Source of the DNA: a virus
Lineage: Duplodnaviria; Caudoviricetes
Length of the DNA stretch: 38,013 bases
IMG/VR virus record: IMGVR_UViG_3300038675_000651
Location: 1 to 38,013 of that record
Reading direction: 5' to 3' (one strand)
Part shown: in pieces, positions 34,130-38,013 of the stretch
Position numbering within the stretch: position 1 is the first letter of the stretch
How the letters are laid out: each line of letters starts with the position of its first letter
Position numbers and translations under genes: made by a program
Notes under the pieces: generated by a model
What the model saw: the letters and a program-made list of their open reading frames with translations, nothing else
Databases searched by the model: none
What the model was told of the DNA's origin: nothing

Positions 34130-35560
34130 TTATTTTTCTCCAAATAGTTCTGGGTAATATTTAGGTTCATCTTTGTAAGATTTTGCTACTTCGGCTCTAT
34201 CAATTTTAGTAAATTTTTCAAGCTCATGATATTTTTCTGAGACTTGAACGTTACAATGAAACTCAATTTTGCAAAGGATACCGCGCACGCGATTCTTAGC
34301 GATAATAACTTGTAAAACTCCAGGCTTATCTAACGGATCATATGCAGCGGGCCTATGCAAAAGTAAGCATGCGTCCGCATCTTCTTCAATTGATCCCGAT
34401 TCTCTAAAATCTGCCAAAGTCGGAACAGGTGAAGTACGATTAGCTACCCCTCTATTGAGCTGACAAAGAGCTACTATAGGAATCATGAGTTCTTTTGAAA
34501 TAGCTTGTAAACCTTTAGAAATTTCATCTACTTCTAGGTGTTTTGTTCCATGTTTAGATGAAGCTCTCATACAAGTTAAGTAATCTATAAAAACAATTTT
34601 TATATTATTGGCAACAACTTGTCTTCTAATTCTATCTTTAACTTTATCAATCGTTAATGCAGCTTCGTCATCAATAAACATAGAAGATTGCTTATTTTTG
34701 TATACCTCAGCAAGGCTTACTATTCTTTCGTATTGCTCTTCATTTAAACTTCCGTCATCAATTGCAGCTGTTGGAATGTCGCAATAAAGAGCAAAGATTT
34801 TTTGAACGATAGTAGCGGCAGGCATTTCAAGCGAAAAAAACAGGAAAGGAACATCTTTTTGCATTAAATTTACGAAGATGTTGGTTAGGAACGTAGTTTT
34901 ACCCATCGATGTTCTTGCGCCTATATAATATAGACCGCCTTTCTTAAATGATCCTAAAGCGTTATCTAATTGCTCAAATCCGCTGTAAATTCCATCAAAC
35001 GATGGAAGGCCTTTAGCTTTACGTTTGATCTTATTTTCAACTACCTGCGCAATATCTTTATTGCCTTCAAAATTAATCACAAAATCTGACAAATTGCTTG
35101 AATTAATTTTTTTAGTTAATAGCATATCGTGTAACTTATCTTGAAGCTTTTTAATAAGCTCATCGGAATCTGCGTCTATATTTTGAGCGTCTTTAATAAG
35201 TTGCGATCCTTCAATAATTAATAAACGCAAATTTGTCACTTTACGAAGTCTAAGGAAGTAGTCCATGTAAGGCGAATCAGGAGAAAAAGATAAAAGATCG
35301 ACGATTGCAGTCCCGCCTCCTAAAGTTTCATACAATGAACGTTCTATTAATTGCTGAGTCAAACTTGTAACGTTTATTTCTAAATTATCCTGATACATTG
35401 ATTTTATAACTTTAAACAAGTGATGGTAGTTTAAAGAATAAAAGTCTTCGGATTTTAAAAGCGGCATTAACTCGTTGAGAGCGTTAATGCTGTTTAACAT
35501 GCTTGTAATAATTAGTCTTTCGGCTGTAGGGTCTACAGGTAACGAATTTTTTTGTTTCAT
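34130..35560 (-). CDS. dnaB: Replicative DNA helicase
   Basis: GARTSMGKT, FFSLEM, FIDYL, LCQLNR, DFRESGSIEEDAD, IIAKNR. Confidence 0.96.
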   Translation of the reverse strand: MKQKNSLPVDPTAERLIITSMLNSINALNELMPLLKSEDFYSLNYHHLFKVIKSMYQDNLEINVTSLTQQLIERSLYETLGGGTAIVDLLSFSPDSPYMDYFLRLRKVTNLRLLIIEGSQLIKDAQNIDADSDELIKKLQDKLHDMLLTKKINSSNLSDFVINFEGNKDIAQVVENKIKRKAKGLPSFDGIYSGFEQLDNALGSFKKGGLYYIGARTSMGKTTFLTNIFVNLMQKDVPFLFFSLEMPAATIVQKIFALYCDIPTAAIDDGSLNEEQYERIVSLAEVYKNKQSSMFIDDEAALTIDKVKDRIRRQVVANNIKIVFIDYLTCMRASSKHGTKHLEVDEISKGLQAISKELMIPIVALCQLNRGVANRTSPVPTLADFRESGSIEEDADACLLLHRPAAYDPLDKPGVLQVIIAKNRVRGILCKIEFHCNVQVSEKYHELEKFTKIDRAEVAKSYKDEPKYYPELFGEK

Positions 35561-35594
35561 GAGGTTAAAGTATGATTCGGTTTAAGTTTTAATC

Positions 35595-36248
35595 TCAAGC
35601 ATATTCTAGGATCTGTTGGTTTAGAAGATTCAGACAGATGCCAAAGAAGAAGCTCGCATAATTAGTTATATTGCGTTTTGCCTTGACAAGATACCATCGA
35701 CAGTTTTCGATGGCTTTTCTTAAGTAAACTTCCTTAAGTTTTTTTAGAATCCATCCATATCTTTTAAAGTTAAAGTTTTCAAGAAGACCGATTCGTAAGA
35801 AATTAGGTAACCATTCAGGAAATTTAGCCGTTTCAGACTCTTCTTTCTTTTCTTCAAAACTTTCAGCTGATGCTTTAGCATCGCTGTTCATTGAGGTGTT
35901 TATTTGGTGTTCTATTATGCGGACATTTTCCCGGACATTTTGCAGCTTTTTTAGGACTCTAGGATCGCTTAAGTCTATCTTTAAAATGTCCAATCCAATG
36001 ATGTAAGTGTTGCTATAGATGCCCATCTTTTTCCAGACGATCACCCCATAAGAGCAAAGTTTTTTTAAGATTCGCCTTACTTGCCTTGCGCCGATCTTTT
36101 TTGTCGTGTTTCGGCCTATTTCATCTTGAGATGGATGGCAGTTTCTTCCGTAGTAGCGACACATACGATGTAAATATATATAGACTTCTTTTTCAGTCTT
36201 ATTTAATTCAGAGAATACTATTCGGAGAGTTTCAAAAGCTGTTAGCAT
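35595..36248 (-). CDS. Putative replication initiator with an N-terminal winged HTH
   Basis: EKEVYIYL...CHPSQDEIG...RQVRRILKKLCSYGVI...SNTY; directly upstream of dnaB; AAGGAG RBS. Confidence 0.75.
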   Translation of the reverse strand: MLTAFETLRIVFSELNKTEKEVYIYLHRMCRYYGRNCHPSQDEIGRNTTKKIGARQVRRILKKLCSYGVIVWKKMGIYSNTYIIGLDILKIDLSDPRVLKKLQNVRENVRIIEHQINTSMNSDAKASAESFEEKKEESETAKFPEWLPNFLRIGLLENFNFKRYGWILKKLKEVYLRKAIENCRWYLVKAKRNITNYASFFFGICLNLLNQQILEYA

Positions 36249-36288
36249 GTTAAATTTCTCCTTCAGTAAAAAAAGATAATCTAACTTG

Positions 36289-36317
36289 TTGTGTTAAAAC
36301 ATTACAGATGGTAATAT
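36289..36317 (+). promoter_or_regulatory. Candidate promoter firing opposite to the replication operon
   Basis: TTGTGT, 17-nt spacer ending TGG, then TAATAT. Confidence 0.5.
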
Positions 36318-36323
36318 CTTTGA

Positions 36324-36593
36324 CAAGAACGTTGAATTTCATGTTTCCCCATGAAGTTTGATGTTTGAATAACAAAGTCTCACAAAAAGACATAAACCTT
36401 ATTCTTTTAGGCGAGTCTTATTGTTTACCTTGCTTAAGATGATAAGATCTGATAATCTTTGTTTATCATCTTAAGCAATCTTTAGGTTGAGACCCGCCAA
36501 GATCAGCAACCTAAAATTAAAGTTATGATAGACCTGCAAGGGTTTATTTTCAAATAAAAAAGGGAGGGCCTAAAAATCCTCCCTTTTTCTTTT
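36324..36593 (+). ncRNA. Candidate structured RNA of about 270 nt
   Basis: 16-bp G-U-rich stem 36328-36365; perfect 16-bp IR 36430-36478; TTTAGGTTG/CAACCTAAA from 36481; terminal terminator. Confidence 0.45.
36556..36593. terminator. Intrinsic terminator (bidirectional form)
   Basis: AAAAAAGGGAGG-N10-CCTCCCTTTTTCTTTT. Confidence 0.75.
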
Positions 36594-36666
36594 CAGAAAA
36601 ACATCATTAAAATATATTGAAAAACGGTTAAGGTTACCTCCTATAACTTCTATTTAAATTCATTTT

Positions 36667-36691
36667 GGCGGGGTGAAAATCCCGCCTTTTT
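36667..36691 (+). terminator. Intrinsic terminator
   Basis: GGCGGG-GTGAAAAT-CCCGCC-TTTTT. Confidence 0.65.
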
Positions 36692-36788
36692 CATTTAAAA
36701 ATAAATAAGATTTTTTTAGGATGAGAACGAGATTCCTAGAAACAAGGTTTGTGTTAGGGGGTGGGATTAAATTCCACCCCTTTTTGAT

Positions 36789-37004
36789 TTATAAATTTCT
36801 TTTCCAATTTATTTTTTTTACGTCTGAAGGCTTTTCAGGCCGTCTATTACAAAAAAAACAATTTGTATCGCTACACTTCTTTTCAATCCAGATGTCGCAT
36901 TTTTTGCAAAAATAAGCATTCCATCGCTCGTTATATTTTCCCTCTGTAGAGCAGTTTTCGCAAAACATGGGAATATCTCGGTGCATTTTTCCTTGTTTTG
37001 TCAT
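36789..37004 (-). CDS. Zinc-finger protein
   Basis: CENC...AYFCKKCDIWIEKKCSD..CFFC..RPEKP; ATGA overlap with the upstream stop favours a start at 37004. Confidence 0.7.
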   Translation of the reverse strand: MTKQGKMHRDIPMFCENCSTEGKYNERWNAYFCKKCDIWIEKKCSDTNCFFCNRRPEKPSDVKKINWKRNL

Positions 37005-37267
37005 TTCTTTTCGTCGTTTAATTGTTTGTAGTTTTTCGGCAGCTTTCGATTGCATGTTGGACACAGTTGCCTTTCGTTTGTATCCTTAAGCATATCGTCT
37101 ATTGTAACTTCTCCGGATGTTGCATCTTGCACGGCTAATGCGTTATCTCGTGTGGGATCTCGCTCGCCTTTCATCCACAGATAAATAGTGTTGTAATGCA
37201 AACCTAGGCGTCGCGCAAACTTTGGCACAGATATGCCCTCTTTTTGCAGATATTCTTTTAAGTCCAT
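37001..37267 (-). CDS. Cro-like HTH regulator
   Basis: MDLKEYL...SVPKFARRLGLHYNTIYLWMKGERDP...ATSGEVT; C-terminal CPTC. Confidence 0.85.
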   Translation of the reverse strand: MDLKEYLQKEGISVPKFARRLGLHYNTIYLWMKGERDPTRDNALAVQDATSGEVTIDDMLKDTNERQLCPTCNRKLPKNYKQLNDEKK

Positions 37268-37276
37268 ACGTTCCTT

Positions 37277-37294
37277 TGTAAAGCTGGCTTTACA
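37277..37294. promoter_or_regulatory. Palindrome TGTAAAGC-TG-GCTTTACA (one of at least 7 copies)
   Basis: Exact reverse complement of 33013-33030; related copies at 4081, 8421, 13320, 13948 and 28564. Confidence 0.7.
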
Positions 37295-37384
37295 TGTAAA
37301 TATAACACGAATTGTGTTAAATGAGAAACTTTTTCTTCACTTATATTTTGCTGTGTGTTAAGCTTAAACCATAAAGAGGATTTT

Positions 37385-38013
37385 ATGACTTTAACAACTA
37401 CAGATGATAACTTTGCTAGGCAGCTTGCAGAACTTGAGCAAATTCAAAACTTATGCAAAAAACTATTAAATACCCCTCACTATAAAAACATAGGCGAGGC
37501 GGGTATACATGCTATTATTTCACGTGCCAAAGCATTGGGCATTCACCCGTTTGAAGCCTTAAATGGCGGCTTCCATTGCATCAATGGCAAGGTGGGTATG
37601 TCTACCGAGATGATGGCTGCGTTAGTAAGACGGCAAGGCCATTCTGTGACAAAAGATCCTAAGTCTACATCGGAATGCGTTATCCTTATTGGTAAACGTA
37701 AAGACACGGGCGATACATGGACGTCTAAGTTTGATAAGCAAGACGCAATTAACGCCGGGCTATGGAATACCAATACATGGAAAAAGTACCCTGAGACCAT
37801 GCTTTATAATCGCGCGATGTCTCAGCTTTTCAGACAGCTTTTTCCGGATTTGTCGCTTGGTGCGGGCTACGTTGAAGACGAATTGAATGAGATTAATAAA
37901 ACAGGGGATTACACCTCATCGGCTGATGTTGAGGTAATCGATAAAGATGTATCTCCTAAAATTCAACATGAGGAGACAAAAAATGATCCTCAAATTCAAC
38001 ATGAGGAGACAAA
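37385..38013 (+). CDS. recT: RecT-like ssDNA annealing protein, running off the window end (not in ORF track)
   Basis: GAGGA RBS; LGIHPFEALNGGFHCINGKV...MMAALVRRQGH...DAINAGL...WKKYPETMLYNRAMSQLFRQLFPD...GYVEDEL. Confidence 0.85.
   Translation, partial: MTLTTTDDNFARQLAELEQIQNLCKKLLNTPHYKNIGEAGIHAIISRAKALGIHPFEALNGGFHCINGKVGMSTEMMAALVRRQGHSVTKDPKSTSECVILIGKRKDTGDTWTSKFDKQDAINAGLWNTNTWKKYPETMLYNRAMSQLFRQLFPDLSLGAGYVEDELNEINKTGDYTSSADVEVIDKDVSPKIQHEETKNDPQIQHEET
37954..38013 (+). repeat. 33-bp in-frame tandem repeat
   Basis: TCCT(A/C)AAATTCAACATGAGGAGACAAA at 37954 and 37987, encoding P(K/Q)IQHEETKND. Confidence 0.9.

Noticed and set aside
35920-35941. CGGACATTTT repeated twice in the initiator gene as possible iterons
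   Set aside because: Only two short copies, explained equally well by the NVRENVR peptide; too weak to call an origin.
37543-37886. Two short ORFs in the track
   Set aside because: They overlap the RecT frame, which the track missed because it has no stop within the window.
1-38013. CRISPR array, reverse transcriptase/DGR, intein or alternative genetic code
   Set aside because: No repeat-spacer array, RT motifs or TR/VR pair were seen. TerL and DnaB have normal lengths, and TAA, TAG and TGA all end well-formed genes.

Overview
The window looks like a nearly complete, circularly permuted genome of a tailed dsDNA phage, probably short-tailed (podovirus-like). It is broken inside a RecT-like gene that runs off the right end at a 33-bp tandem repeat and appears to finish at 1-96. 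Modules: recombination (RecT, YqaJ exonuclease); an inverted tailspike block; TerL, P22-like portal, scaffold and N4-gp56-type major capsid; tail and ejection genes; a distant TerS; and a minus-strand replication block (Cro-like HTH, HTH initiator, DnaB, RusA, GroES). I recognised no integrase, CI repressor, DNA polymerase or endolysin. The strongest observations are: (1) the major capsid gene is split by an 815-nt group I intron (15310-16124) that carries a LAGLIDADG gene on the antisense strand with a candidate promoter of its own; (2) a palindrome TGTAAAGC-N1-2-GCTTTACA occurs at least 7 times across the genome, including inside genes; (3) the capsid mRNA leader has an array of small pseudoknot-like units; (4) there is a probable structured antisense RNA upstream of the replication initiator; (5) an HNH/tRNA-Asn/DUF29 cassette sits antisense within the head module. 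All family assignments come from motif recognition by eye, with no database search.
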